A stretch of 64,000 bases of DNA from an uncultured Bacteroidales bacterium (lineage in GTDB: Bacteria > Bacteroidota > Bacteroidia > Bacteroidales > Muribaculaceae), in assembly GCA_905210435.1 (NCBI GenBank), contig CAJLWO010000001.1, positions 42,652 to 106,651 on the forward strand, written 5' to 3'. Below the pieces are notes generated by a model. It had not been told where the DNA came from. It was given only the letters and a program-made list of their open reading frames with translations, and did not search any database. The number at the start of each line of letters is the position of its first letter. Within the stretch, counting starts at the first letter, position 1. The position numbers and the translations under genes are program-made. Positions 1 to 9,063 of the stretch are shown in pieces.

Positions 1-315
1 GGCAAATGGGATACGGCCGTCGGGGGTCATGTGGACTACGGCGAGTCGACGGCCGACGCATTGCGGCGCGAGGTGCGCGAGGAATTAGGCATCACGGAGT
101 TCGTGCCGGAGCATATGGTATCATACGTGTTTGACAGCGAACGCGAAAGCGAATATGTCAATGTGTACCGTACTGTCTACGACGGCGAGGTGCGTCCGAG
201 CGAAGAACTTGACGGCGGACGTTTCTGGCCCCTCGCGGAGATACGTGCATCGCTCGGCCGGGGAGTATTCACGCCCAATTTCGAACAGGAATTCAAAAAA
301 TATTTTGAAGTATAA
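1..315 (+). CDS. NUDIX hydrolase, 5'-partial (start lies upstream of window)
   Basis: Frame continues from nt 1 (GKWDTAVGGHVDYGEST...); Nudix box ADALRREVREELGI (Rx4EExGI) visible; stop at 315. Confidence 0.7.
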   Translation, partial: GKWDTAVGGHVDYGESTADALRREVREELGITEFVPEHMVSYVFDSERESEYVNVYRTVYDGEVRPSEELDGGRFWPLAEIRASLGRGVFTPNFEQEFKKYFEV

Positions 316-508
316 TTTAAGTATAATTTATACAATTATGCATAATTGACGGGAAAACGCTTGCATTCAGGCAATTTTTCCGTATCTTTGCGCGATATTT
401 TGCGGCAACCGAGAGATGTGTCATCTCAATTACTTCCGCATTCAATTAATCTTAAATCATTTCCTTCCCCTTTTTGCAACATCGTAACTATTTTAACCAA
501 AGTCGACC

Positions 509-2797
509 ATGACCAGATTCTTATATTGTATTTCCCTGATATTGGGAATATTTATGGCCGTACCGACAGTCAGCGCACAAAATTTGACTGATGATGACGG
601 CTATCCGATAATGTATGTACGCGGCACCCAGACAGGCGACTGGAGCGCCAACGAAGACTACCGCTTCAGCCGCGAGGGCAACACCTATACCTTGCATCTT
701 GACGCGCTCGACGGGCATTTCAAAATCTCGAACGCCGACTGGACATGCAATTTCGGTGCAAACAGCGAGACCTCAACCGACATATCGCGCTCGGCAATCA
801 AGTCAGGCATTGCCGACGGATACAACTTCAACGCCATCGGCCTGCATGACGTTGACATATCGTTCGACCTGCAGCTCAACGGCGGACAGCTCCTCCCGAC
901 GCAGATAACATTTATCGTCGACGGCCGGCCTGCACCCGACCCCGAACCCGGTCCGGCTCCTGCTACCGGCGTATCGGGCACTCTCCCCGTGCTCCACATC
1001 AATGTATATCAGTATGACAGCGCCACCGAATCATTTATCCTCGACGGCGACGGCAACAAGATACTTGACAACGAGGTAATAAGCAAAGACTTGGGACACA
1101 AAGAGTATTTTCACGGCGAATACCGGCTCGATGTCAACGGCTGCCAGTGGCTTATCGACCTCGGCGCCACTTCGGTAGGGACAGAAGATGCACCGCTCCC
1201 CCTGCAGATCAAGGCACGCGGCAACTACACCCGCAAGGCCTTCGCAAAAAAGCCGTTCAAGCTCAAGCTCGACAAGAAGCAGAACCTCCTCAACATGAAC
1301 ATAAACGGCCAGAAATCAAAACATTGGGCGATACTGGCGCATGCCGATGACAACAAGGGCTATCTGCGCAACTTCACCGGCTTCGCGCTCGGCGAACGTA
1401 TCGGACTGCCCTGGACACCCCGCCAGCAGCCCATAGAGGTCATCATCAACGGCGACTACCGCGGCCTCTATTTCCTGACGGAGTCGATACGCGTGGGCGA
1501 CGGACGAGTGCCCGTAGAGGAGCTTGACGACAATGTCGACGACCGCGCGCTCGTGTCGGGCGGATATATCGTCGAACTTGACAACTACGACGAGCCCGAC
1601 GACGCCCAGATCCAAATGGAAGAAAAGGGGCAGTCCGACCAGTACAAAGACATGCTCCGCATCACGTTCGACACCCCCGAGGTCTACTCCGACCTGCAGC
1701 GCCGATTCATCACCGACCAGTTCACCGCCATCAACGACCTCATCGGCGAGGACTCCGACAACATGTGGAAATATCTGGACCTCGACGACGCCGCCCGCTA
1801 CTATGTGGTGGAGGAAATCATATCGCACACGGAGTCATACCACGGCTCGACCTATCTCTACCGCGACCGCGGAGAGGGCCGGAAATGGCACTTCTCCCCG
1901 CTTTGGGACTGCGGCAACGCTTTCAACGGACTGACCGACGCCTATTTCTATGACTGCGACCCGTATGGCAACACATGGATACCGTCGCTGCGCATGAACG
2001 CCACATTCAACGCCAAGGTGAAAGAGACATGGCAATGGTTCATGGGCACACAGGGCGGATACGCCGGCCTTACCGACGACATCGACATCTACTGCTCGCG
2101 CATAGCCGAGGCTGCCAAAGCCGACGCCCGACGCTGGCGCGGACAGCCTGTGCCTGTCGACGGAATGGATGTGACCGACAACAGCGACATGGAGTCGTGC
2201 AAGAAGACCGTGCTCCGTCACCTCAACGCCAAGATAAACTGGCTCGCGCAGCAAAACGATTTCGGCGCCATAGGGGGCAATTACCCCGAACCGGCACGCG
2301 ACACTACTCCCGCCGAACCTCTCCCCTCCTATGCCCGCGAACCCGACCCCGAGCAGACCATAACAGTATATTTCATCGACGACAGCAATGAGCCGTGGGA
2401 CGAAGTGTATGCCTACGTATATGGCCCCACCGAGGACGGCATCGAAAACTATCAGGCGCTCGGCGCATGGCCCGGCACCCTCATGCAGCCAGCGACAATC
2501 GAGGGAAAGAGCGGCTATATGCTCACTTTCGAGCCGGAACATAAACTTGCCGCGACAGCCTGCATAATAATCAACGGCGGCCTTGACGCGGCGCAGACCA
2601 AGACCTTCCCCCTCGCCGACGGAAACATCTACTACCGTTCGGGCAAATTCACCGATGCCGACATCGTAATCGAGGATGCCGCCGACACCGCAGCTGAATA
2701 TTTCGACGTCATGGGACGCCGTGTAGCCACTCCCCGACCCGGCGGCATCTACATTGTGCGTCGCGGAAACAACATAACCAAAATGCTCGTAAAATAG
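509..2797 (+). CDS. Secreted CotH kinase-family protein with C-terminal T9SS (Por) sorting domain
   Basis: N-terminal signal peptide (MTRFLYCISLILGIFMAVPTVSAQ); central region KPFKLKLDKK...INGDYRGLYFLTESIR resembles CotH domain; C-terminal YIVRRGNNITKMLVK is typical of a T9SS type-A CTD. Confidence 0.6.
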   Translation: MTRFLYCISLILGIFMAVPTVSAQNLTDDDGYPIMYVRGTQTGDWSANEDYRFSREGNTYTLHLDALDGHFKISNADWTCNFGANSETSTDISRSAIKSGIADGYNFNAIGLHDVDISFDLQLNGGQLLPTQITFIVDGRPAPDPEPGPAPATGVSGTLPVLHINVYQYDSATESFILDGDGNKILDNEVISKDLGHKEYFHGEYRLDVNGCQWLIDLGATSVGTEDAPLPLQIKARGNYTRKAFAKKPFKLKLDKKQNLLNMNINGQKSKHWAILAHADDNKGYLRNFTGFALGERIGLPWTPRQQPIEVIINGDYRGLYFLTESIRVGDGRVPVEELDDNVDDRALVSGGYIVELDNYDEPDDAQIQMEEKGQSDQYKDMLRITFDTPEVYSDLQRRFITDQFTAINDLIGEDSDNMWKYLDLDDAARYYVVEEIISHTESYHGSTYLYRDRGEGRKWHFSPLWDCGNAFNGLTDAYFYDCDPYGNTWIPSLRMNATFNAKVKETWQWFMGTQGGYAGLTDDIDIYCSRIAEAAKADARRWRGQPVPVDGMDVTDNSDMESCKKTVLRHLNAKINWLAQQNDFGAIGGNYPEPARDTTPAEPLPSYAREPDPEQTITVYFIDDSNEPWDEVYAYVYGPTEDGIENYQALGAWPGTLMQPATIEGKSGYMLTFEPEHKLAATACIIINGGLDAAQTKTFPLADGNIYYRSGKFTDADIVIEDAADTAAEYFDVMGRRVATPRPGGIYIVRRGNNITKMLVK

Positions 2798-2846
2798 CCT
2801 CATTCCTAAGAGCTTGTCTAAAATTCAGTGCATGGCGCTGCAATAT

Positions 2847-2893
2847 AACCACCGGCCTTGAGCGTGTATCAAAACTCGATTTTATCAGCCCGC
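2847..2893. repeat. Short intergenic repeat family 2 (cttgagNgtgtatcaaaaNtNgattttatcagccNgc), copy 1
   Basis: About 38/43 identity with 23561-23600; both copies lie 3' of convergent or terminal genes. Confidence 0.55.
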
Positions 2894-3007
2894 GGTTTTT
2901 AGCGAACAACAGATCATCAAGTATCATGCACCGTAATTTCAGCTTATGCCCTTATTATCAAGCATGACTGAAGGCGATAAGCCGCGTTTGCAATAATATG
3001 GATTTAT

Positions 3008-3047
3008 ATTACTACGGCCGGGCCGGCAAATCGGATGATTTGCCGGC
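3008..3047. terminator. GC-rich perfect hairpin (17-bp stem, 4-nt loop), likely bidirectional terminator between CotH gene and hemD
   Basis: ggccgggccggcaaatc-ggat-gatttgccggcccggcc followed by T-rich tract; sits between convergent genes. Confidence 0.55.
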
Positions 3048-3098
3048 CCGGCCTGTTATCGCTTGTTATGACTTTTGTTATGAGTTACGGCACGAGTG

Positions 3099-3842
3099 TC
3101 AGCCGGCTTCCTGCTCGGTGAGGTACATGTCGAGAGCTGCGGTAACGGAGGGAGCCTTTACTGTGGGGGCCTCCATGTCAAGACGGAATCCTGCATCCTT
3201 TATGGCTTTGGCCGTCGCTCCTCCGAAGCATCCTATCTTGATGTCGCCCTGATCGAAAGCGGGGAAGTTCTTCTGTAAAGACGCTATGCCTGAGGGGCTG
3301 AAGAAGAGCAACATGTCGTAGTCGAAAGGCTCGTCGGCCGTGAAGTCGTTGCTGACAGTGCGGTACATCACCGCCTTGGTGTAGTCGATTTTGTTGTCGA
3401 GGATACCGGTGTCGTCCTTATGCACGTCGGAGATGGCATAGAGGAATTTCTCCTTTGCGTGCTTGGTGAGGAACGGAAGCAGATCGGCCAGTTTGCCTGT
3501 GGAGGCATGGAAGATTTTGCGCTTGCGGTACTGGATATATTTCTGAAGATAGAGAGCGATGGCTTCGGTAGTGCAGAAATATTTCATAGTGTCAGGAATG
3601 GTGATGCGCATTTCCTCGCAAAGACGGAAGAAATGGTCAATGGCCGTACGCGCCGTGAATATCACCGCTGTAAAGTCCTGGATATTGATTTTTTGCTGAC
3701 GAAACTCCTTTGAAGAAAGACCCTCGACTTTGATGAACGGACGAAATACCACTTCTACATGATGACGTTGAGCAATGTCGAAATAAGGAGATTTATCGGA
3801 CGTCGGTTTAGGCTGAGATACTAAAATCTTTTTTATTTTCAC
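3099..3842 (-). CDS. hemD: Uroporphyrinogen-III synthase
   Basis: ILVSQPKPTSDKSPYFD...FRPFIKVEG... pattern typical of Bacteroidetes HemD; ORF 3099..3920, probable GTG start at 3842 (VKIKKILVSQ); followed upstream by DUF4271 as in other Bacteroidales. Confidence 0.7.
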   Translation of the reverse strand: MKIKKILVSQPKPTSDKSPYFDIAQRHHVEVVFRPFIKVEGLSSKEFRQQKINIQDFTAVIFTARTAIDHFFRLCEEMRITIPDTMKYFCTTEAIALYLQKYIQYRKRKIFHASTGKLADLLPFLTKHAKEKFLYAISDVHKDDTGILDNKIDYTKAVMYRTVSNDFTADEPFDYDMLLFFSPSGIASLQKNFPAFDQGDIKIGCFGGATAKAIKDAGFRLDMEAPTVKAPSVTAALDMYLTEQEAG

Positions 3843-4636
3843 GCTGTAAATTCTAAATAACGCAGAACGGATAGGGATAATCTGCGTAAAATTAATAGGG
3901 GTGTTATTTCTAAGGCGCAAAGGTACAAAATAAAATAAAGCAACGAGCCAAAATTGGTATAAAAAATTCTAAATCCCTTGCAAATAAATAAAATCCGCGT
4001 CAAAATATAGCATCCGGCGGCCAATATGAGCATCACGTCGGTGAGTCCGGTGTAGAAAAGCGACAGCAGCGCGGGCACGATAAGAAGCATGGACAGGAGG
4101 GTCTGCGAGGCGTTGAATCCCGAGAGCCACTGGCGGGTGGCGTCGCGGTCGGCGAATGCATACCCCACGGTGCTGTACACTGCGAGCTGCCACAGGTAAT
4201 AGCACAGGGCGACCAGCGCGAGCAGCATCGTCATGGCCAGCGCGCCGGTGTCCTCTCTTACTATTCCGTCAGACACGGCGGCGGAAAACATCAGTATCCC
4301 CTCGCTCAGACACAGCAGCACGATGATGATGCACAGGGTGCGTGTCTCGTTGGCCGTGCGGTTGTCGAATGCATTGGCACGCATCCTTATGCCTATGAGG
4401 TTTTGCCTGAAGTTTTTGAAAAGCTGCCGGCAATGGCTGATATTGAGGGCTATGATTACGAGCATGGCGACGATAATGGTCGAGAGCCATGAGTTCTCGC
4501 CATAACCGACAGGACGCTGCGTCCCTTCGAGGCCCTGCATGTAGGTTGAGACGGGCTTCGACGGTGTCACTGCTTTTTCCGCACGTGAGAACGGTGCGTC
4601 GGCTTCGGTACTATATCGTAAAAATTCGTTTTCCAA
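3839..4636 (-). CDS. DUF4271 family multi-pass membrane protein
   Basis: Several hydrophobic helices; conserved position immediately upstream of hemD; exact start uncertain. Confidence 0.5.
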   Translation of the reverse strand: MENEFLRYSTEADAPFSRAEKAVTPSKPVSTYMQGLEGTQRPVGYGENSWLSTIIVAMLVIIALNISHCRQLFKNFRQNLIGIRMRANAFDNRTANETRTLCIIIVLLCLSEGILMFSAAVSDGIVREDTGALAMTMLLALVALCYYLWQLAVYSTVGYAFADRDATRQWLSGFNASQTLLSMLLIVPALLSLFYTGLTDVMLILAAGCYILTRILFICKGFRIFYTNFGSLLYFILYLCALEITPLLILRRLSLSVLRYLEFTA

Positions 4637-4698
4637 CTGAAAGGATTAATATCAAAAGGATTAATATTATCGGAGATGGTCGTATTATCGTATTATAT

Positions 4699-4779
4699 TG
4701 TAGGGACGCACGGTCTGTGCGTCCGGAATGCGCGCATTGGTTATCAGCTGATTTTCGGACGCACAGACCGTGCGTCCAT
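4699..4779. repeat. Doubly palindromic REP/MITE-like element (family 1, GACGCAC subtype)
   Basis: tgtaggg-GACGCACGGTCTGTGCGTCC-ggaatgcgcgcattgg-ttatcagctgat-tttc-GGACGCACAGACCGTGCGTCC; the two arms are reverse complements; shares TGTAGGG end and TTATCAGCTG core with copies at 32247, 57627, 59178. Confidence 0.65.
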
Positions 4780-4816
4780 ACCTTGTTTGCCGAAATTTAG
4801 CAGTTTTATACCGGCA

Positions 4817-5416
4817 TCAACGCTTTATGTCGAGTTTCTGTGAGAACTCGCGTATCTCCACCGGCTTGACTATGCGGGCTACGGCATCCTCGACCGAGTC
4901 GGTCACATACCATAGCTTGCGGTGGTCGTCGTTCATGAAGTGCTCGGCTATGGAGCGGTCGAGCATTCCGATGAGCGGGTCGTAGTAGCCGTCGACGTTG
5001 AGTATCACGACATGGCCCTGATACAGTCCGAGCTGACGCCATGTGATGATTTCAAGCAGTTCCTCGAATGTGCCGCAGCCTCCGGGGAGGGCAACCGCCG
5101 CGCGCGATAGGGAGGCCATAGTGCGTTTGCGCTCATGCATCGACCCCACTGTTATCATCTCGCTCAGGCCGGGATAATTCCACCCGCGCTCTACCATGAA
5201 GTCAGGGAGCACACCGACGGCGCGGCCTCCGGCTTCGAGCGCACCGGTGATTGCCGCAGCCATCAGGCCTTCGCGGCCGCCTCCCGACACGAGGTCAAGT
5301 CCCACCCGGGCGATAGCCTGCCCGAGCGCATAGGCCGCCTCCTTGTATTTTCTTGCCACAAGCGGCGACGAAGCGCCGTAGACGGTCACTGCCTGTCTGT
5401 TTTCACATTCTGTCAT
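4817..5416 (-). CDS. LOG family protein (cytokinin riboside 5'-monophosphate phosphoribohydrolase-like, TIGR00730)
   Basis: PGGCGTFEEL and GGGREGLM motifs characteristic of LOG/YvdD family. Confidence 0.8.
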   Translation of the reverse strand: MTECENRQAVTVYGASSPLVARKYKEAAYALGQAIARVGLDLVSGGGREGLMAAAITGALEAGGRAVGVLPDFMVERGWNYPGLSEMITVGSMHERKRTMASLSRAAVALPGGCGTFEELLEIITWRQLGLYQGHVVILNVDGYYDPLIGMLDRSIAEHFMNDDHRKLWYVTDSVEDAVARIVKPVEIREFSQKLDIKR

Positions 5417-7245
5417 CTCCCCGCACGTTGAAATTCATCTTTTACGGCATCCACCACATTGATGATATAGTCGCCGGTCTTCTCGAGGGTCGATACTATG
5501 TCCATGTAATAGATACCTGCCTGATATTCGTAATGATGCTCCTTGATATTCTCTATATTTGCCGAGCGGAGCGTATTGCGCATGTTGTTGATTTCGCGCT
5601 CGCGGTTATACGACGATATGATGTCCTCGCGGCTGTTGTTTTCCAGGTCGCGGAGCAGAAGGAGCATATTGTCCATAGCCTTTTGCACGTAGTCGAACAT
5701 CACGTCGATATTATGGTATATTTCCTCGTTGAAATGTACGTTGCCCTGCTGTTTGCGCAGCAGTATCTTGCCTACTCCGGAGCAGCAGTCGGCGATGCTT
5801 TCAATCTCCGACACGATGGCGAGCATGGCCGACACGTGGCGCTTGCCCTCGTTGGAGAGGCGGCCCTCGGCGCATCGGTTGAGATAGTTGGCAATCTCAA
5901 GCTCCATGCGGTCGGAAATATCCTCGTATTTTTCCAGACGCGATGACAGTCGGTTGAAATCTTCCGAATTTTCCTTGGTATGCACAAGTTCCTTTGCCAT
6001 CGAAAGCATGCGGTTGACCCTGTCGGCAAACACGGCAATCTCTTTCTCGGCCTGTGTGATGTTGAGTTCGGAAGCCGAAAGCATGCCCGACGAGATGAAT
6101 TTGAGCTGGAACTCGTCGTCGCCTTTGCGTTTGGCGGGGAGCAGCCATTCAACAATCTTGACGTAGACTTTCGTCAGCCATATCATGATTGAGAGGTTGA
6201 TAAGGTTGAAGAGGGTGTGGAATATCGAGAGGCCGAACGACACCGATATCTGCAGCGTCATGATTGTAGTGAGATGGTGCGTGATAAGCGGGTCGGTGGC
6301 AGGCAGTTCCGACTGCATCACGCGGGCATAAAGCGCGGGATCCGAGGCTTCAAGACCGGCTACATAGTTATAGAGCTGCGCCGGGTCGCCCTGCCCTATC
6401 TCCTGTGTCACCCATTGTGTCAGATCGACGAAGGGGAAGAATATCGCAAGAGTCCATAGCGTACCCAACAGGTTGAACAGCAGGTGGCCCATTGCCGTAC
6501 GTTTGGCGGCCACATTTCCGCTTAACGACGCCAGCAGCGGGGTGATTGTCGTACCGATATTCGAGCCGAGCACCAGCGCGCAGGCGAGGTCGAAAGTAAT
6601 CCATCCCTTGCTGCACATTATAAGGGTGATGGCGAATGTTGCGGCCGACGACTGGATTATCATCGTGACGATGATACCTACCAGACAGAATATCAGCACC
6701 GAGCCGAAACCCATCGTGGTGTAGCGCTGCAGGAACTCGAACATCTCCGGGTTCTGCTGCAGATCGGGCACATACTTGCTGATGAGCGACAAGCCCATGA
6801 ACAGGAACGCGAAACCGATACCGAACTCACCTATCGACTTCGTGCGGCTCTTCTTGGAAAAAAGCAACGGCACCGACACGCCAATCAATGGCAGTGCGAA
6901 TGCCGCTATATCCACTTTAAACCCGAAAAGGGCTATAATCCAGGCCGTAAACGTAGTTCCCACGTTGGCACCCATTATCACAGCCATTGACTGCGATAAT
7001 GTCATCAGTCCCGCATTTACAAAACTCACCACCATGACAGTAGAGGCTGAAGAACTCTGAATCAAGGCGGTGATAAAAAATCCTGTAATAGTACCGGTAG
7101 CACGATTGCGGGTCATTGCTCCGAGTATGTTACGGAGACGGTCGCCCGCTGCTTTCTGCAGACCTTCGCTCATCACTTTCATTCCGTAGAGGAACAAACC
7201 GACAGCTCCTATAAGGCCCAATAGGTCAAGTAAACCGTAATTCAT
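5413..7245 (-). CDS. Na/Pi-cotransporter family protein with C-terminal PhoU-like domains
   Basis: Two NptA-type transmembrane repeats (GANVGTT / GSNIGTT) followed by soluble helical PhoU-like region; 4-nt overlap with LOG gene suggests operon. Confidence 0.75.
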   Translation of the reverse strand: MNYGLLDLLGLIGAVGLFLYGMKVMSEGLQKAAGDRLRNILGAMTRNRATGTITGFFITALIQSSSASTVMVVSFVNAGLMTLSQSMAVIMGANVGTTFTAWIIALFGFKVDIAAFALPLIGVSVPLLFSKKSRTKSIGEFGIGFAFLFMGLSLISKYVPDLQQNPEMFEFLQRYTTMGFGSVLIFCLVGIIVTMIIQSSAATFAITLIMCSKGWITFDLACALVLGSNIGTTITPLLASLSGNVAAKRTAMGHLLFNLLGTLWTLAIFFPFVDLTQWVTQEIGQGDPAQLYNYVAGLEASDPALYARVMQSELPATDPLITHHLTTIMTLQISVSFGLSIFHTLFNLINLSIMIWLTKVYVKIVEWLLPAKRKGDDEFQLKFISSGMLSASELNITQAEKEIAVFADRVNRMLSMAKELVHTKENSEDFNRLSSRLEKYEDISDRMELEIANYLNRCAEGRLSNEGKRHVSAMLAIVSEIESIADCCSGVGKILLRKQQGNVHFNEEIYHNIDVMFDYVQKAMDNMLLLLRDLENNSREDIISSYNREREINNMRNTLRSANIENIKEHHYEYQAGIYYMDIVSTLEKTGDYIINVVDAVKDEFQRAGR

Positions 7246-7345
7246 TTAGTAGTCTATTTAATCTACCGCAAAGATAGTGAAATAATGTTTCACTCCAAAA
7301 TATTGCATACGATTTGCATATTTTTTCCACCGGCAGCAATATCAG

Positions 7346-7388
7346 GTCGGACATGTCGGACGAGTCTGACCCGTCCGACCGTTCTGAC
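7346..7388. repeat. 9-bp periodic array of palindromic heptamer GTCNGAC x5
   Basis: GTCGGAC(7346) GTCGGAC(7355) GTCTGAC(7364) GTCCGAC(7373) TTCTGAC(7382), exact 9-bp phase; intergenic between U32 peptidase stop and Na/Pi transporter start. Confidence 0.7.
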
Positions 7389-7410
7389 TTATCGGAAATC
7401 GAGTCAGCGG

Positions 7411-8658
7411 CTACGGGTTTACCCTCCACAGGTAGAGGCGGTCGGACTGGCGCACTTTGGCGGGAACGGGGATGGAAAAGTCGGCGCCTTTTACTACGGT
7501 GTCGACGGGGCCGGAGTCAAGACGCATCTCGTCAAGTTCAAGCTCGATTACTCCGGTGGTGGGGCCGATAATCAGTATTGTGTCGCCGCGGTGAAGCTCG
7601 CCCGTCTCCATGTGGAATTCGGCTACCCCCAGACGCGCGAAATAGCGTGTCGCCTTCGCCATGTATACCTTGGTACGCGTGGCCGATGACCCGTATTTGC
7701 CCGACCATTCACCCAACCGCTGCCCGAGATAGTAGCCATCCCAGAAATCGCGATTGAAGATGCGGCGCAGACGTTCGTCCCAGCCATCGACCTTCTCGCG
7801 GGAGTACGTGCCGTCGACAATGGAGGCGATAGCCTCGTTGTAGCAGCTTACGGCTGTGGCCACATACTCGGGGCCGCGGGCGCGTCCCTCGATTTTGAAC
7901 ACCCTGACGCCGGCATCGATCATGCGGTCGAGGAAATGGATTGTCTTCAGATCCTTGGGCGACATTATGCGCTCGTTGTCGACGGCGAGTTGGTCGCCGG
8001 TCTCGCGGTCGGTGACGGTATACGTGCGGCGGCATATCTGGGTGCATCCGCCGCGGTTGGCACTCGAATTCATCTGATGCAGACTCAGATAGCATTTGCC
8101 CGACACGGCCATGCACAGCGCGCCGTGGCAGAACATCTCGATACGTACCAGTTCGCCGTGCGGACCGCGTATCCCCTCGTCAACAATAGCCCGGTGTATG
8201 GCGCTGACCTGGTCGAGATTGAGTTCGCGTGCGAGCACAACGACGTCGGCCCACTGCGAATAAAATCTGACGGCCTCGATATTGGTGATGTTGCACTGCG
8301 TGGAGATATGCACCTCCACCCCCTCGCTGCGGGCTATCATGATGGCGGCGATGTCGGAGGCTATGACGGCCGATATGCCGCTTTCGCGTACGGCACGGCA
8401 TATCTCGCGGCACTTCTCCAGCTCATTGTCATAGATTACGGTGTTGACCGTAAGATATGTCTTGACACCGGCGGCATTGCACGTGGCAGCGATATCGCGC
8501 AGGTCGTCGAGCGTGAAATTGGCCGACGAACGCGCACGCATGTTCAGACCCTCCACGCCGAAATATATCGCATCGGCACCGGCATTGATTGCGGCATGCA
8601 GCGACTCGAAGCTGCCCACCGGCGCCATTATCTCAAAATCTTTTCTATTCATACACAT
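7411..8658 (-). CDS. Peptidase U32 family protein (collagenase-like)
   Basis: N-terminus MNRKDFEIMAPVGSFESLHAAINAGADAIYFG matches U32 family signature. Confidence 0.8.
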   Translation of the reverse strand: MCMNRKDFEIMAPVGSFESLHAAINAGADAIYFGVEGLNMRARSSANFTLDDLRDIAATCNAAGVKTYLTVNTVIYDNELEKCREICRAVRESGISAVIASDIAAIMIARSEGVEVHISTQCNITNIEAVRFYSQWADVVVLARELNLDQVSAIHRAIVDEGIRGPHGELVRIEMFCHGALCMAVSGKCYLSLHQMNSSANRGGCTQICRRTYTVTDRETGDQLAVDNERIMSPKDLKTIHFLDRMIDAGVRVFKIEGRARGPEYVATAVSCYNEAIASIVDGTYSREKVDGWDERLRRIFNRDFWDGYYLGQRLGEWSGKYGSSATRTKVYMAKATRYFARLGVAEFHMETGELHRGDTILIIGPTTGVIELELDEMRLDSGPVDTVVKGADFSIPVPAKVRQSDRLYLWRVNP

Positions 8659-8821
8659 TACTTATATTCTGCAAAGTTAATTGAAATAACCCACCTCACA
8701 AAATTTAACATGAAACCTTACACCAAATCATGAACTTTCAGCCATATCCCGGTGTTTTGTCTATGCGAGGGCATAAAGCAGAAACCTCGCGCTAAAACAC
8801 ACCCCTACCCCCACGGGTAAG

Positions 8822-8850
8822 AAAAAGCTGCCCCCACGGCAGCTTTTTTT
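8822..8850. terminator. Rho-independent terminator-like hairpin flanked by A and T runs
   Basis: aaaaagctgcccccacggcagcttttttt. Confidence 0.5.
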
Positions 8851-9063
8851 AGTTAATATTGCATTAATATGCATTCTTACGGAATATATTCAATATATAT
8901 TCTCCGACAAGCATATTTTTATCATGGAAAATTGTTTCAATCATCACAATTTTTATTTATCTTTGCAACAATTTCATGCTTTAGACTATCATAAAGTCAT
9001 ACTTTATAAAACTCAAATTCAATTCACAACAATTGTATAAAAATCAAAAACGACATAATTACA

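Noticed and set aside
468-480. TTTTGCAACA motif as a Bacteroidetes -7 promoter box
   Set aside because: The Bacteroidetes -7 consensus is TAnnTTTG; most occurrences lack the TA dinucleotide, and several copies form terminator stems instead. Kept only as a repeat observation.
1316-2803. Long antisense ORFs (e.g. 1316..1828 -, 1835..2803 -, also 53515..54195 -, 54717..55415 +, 34943..35218 -, 62147..62722 + and many others of 60-300 aa)
   Set aside because: They lie entirely inside better-supported genes on the opposite strand or in other frames. They have Arg/Ala/Gly/Pro-rich composition typical of shadow ORFs in high-GC DNA and no recognisable motifs.
7314-7571. ORF encoding MSDESDPSDRSDLSEIESA...
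   Set aside because: Its periodic SD-SD-SD start is an artefact of the 9-bp GTCNGAC repeat array in an intergenic region; no RBS or promoter context.
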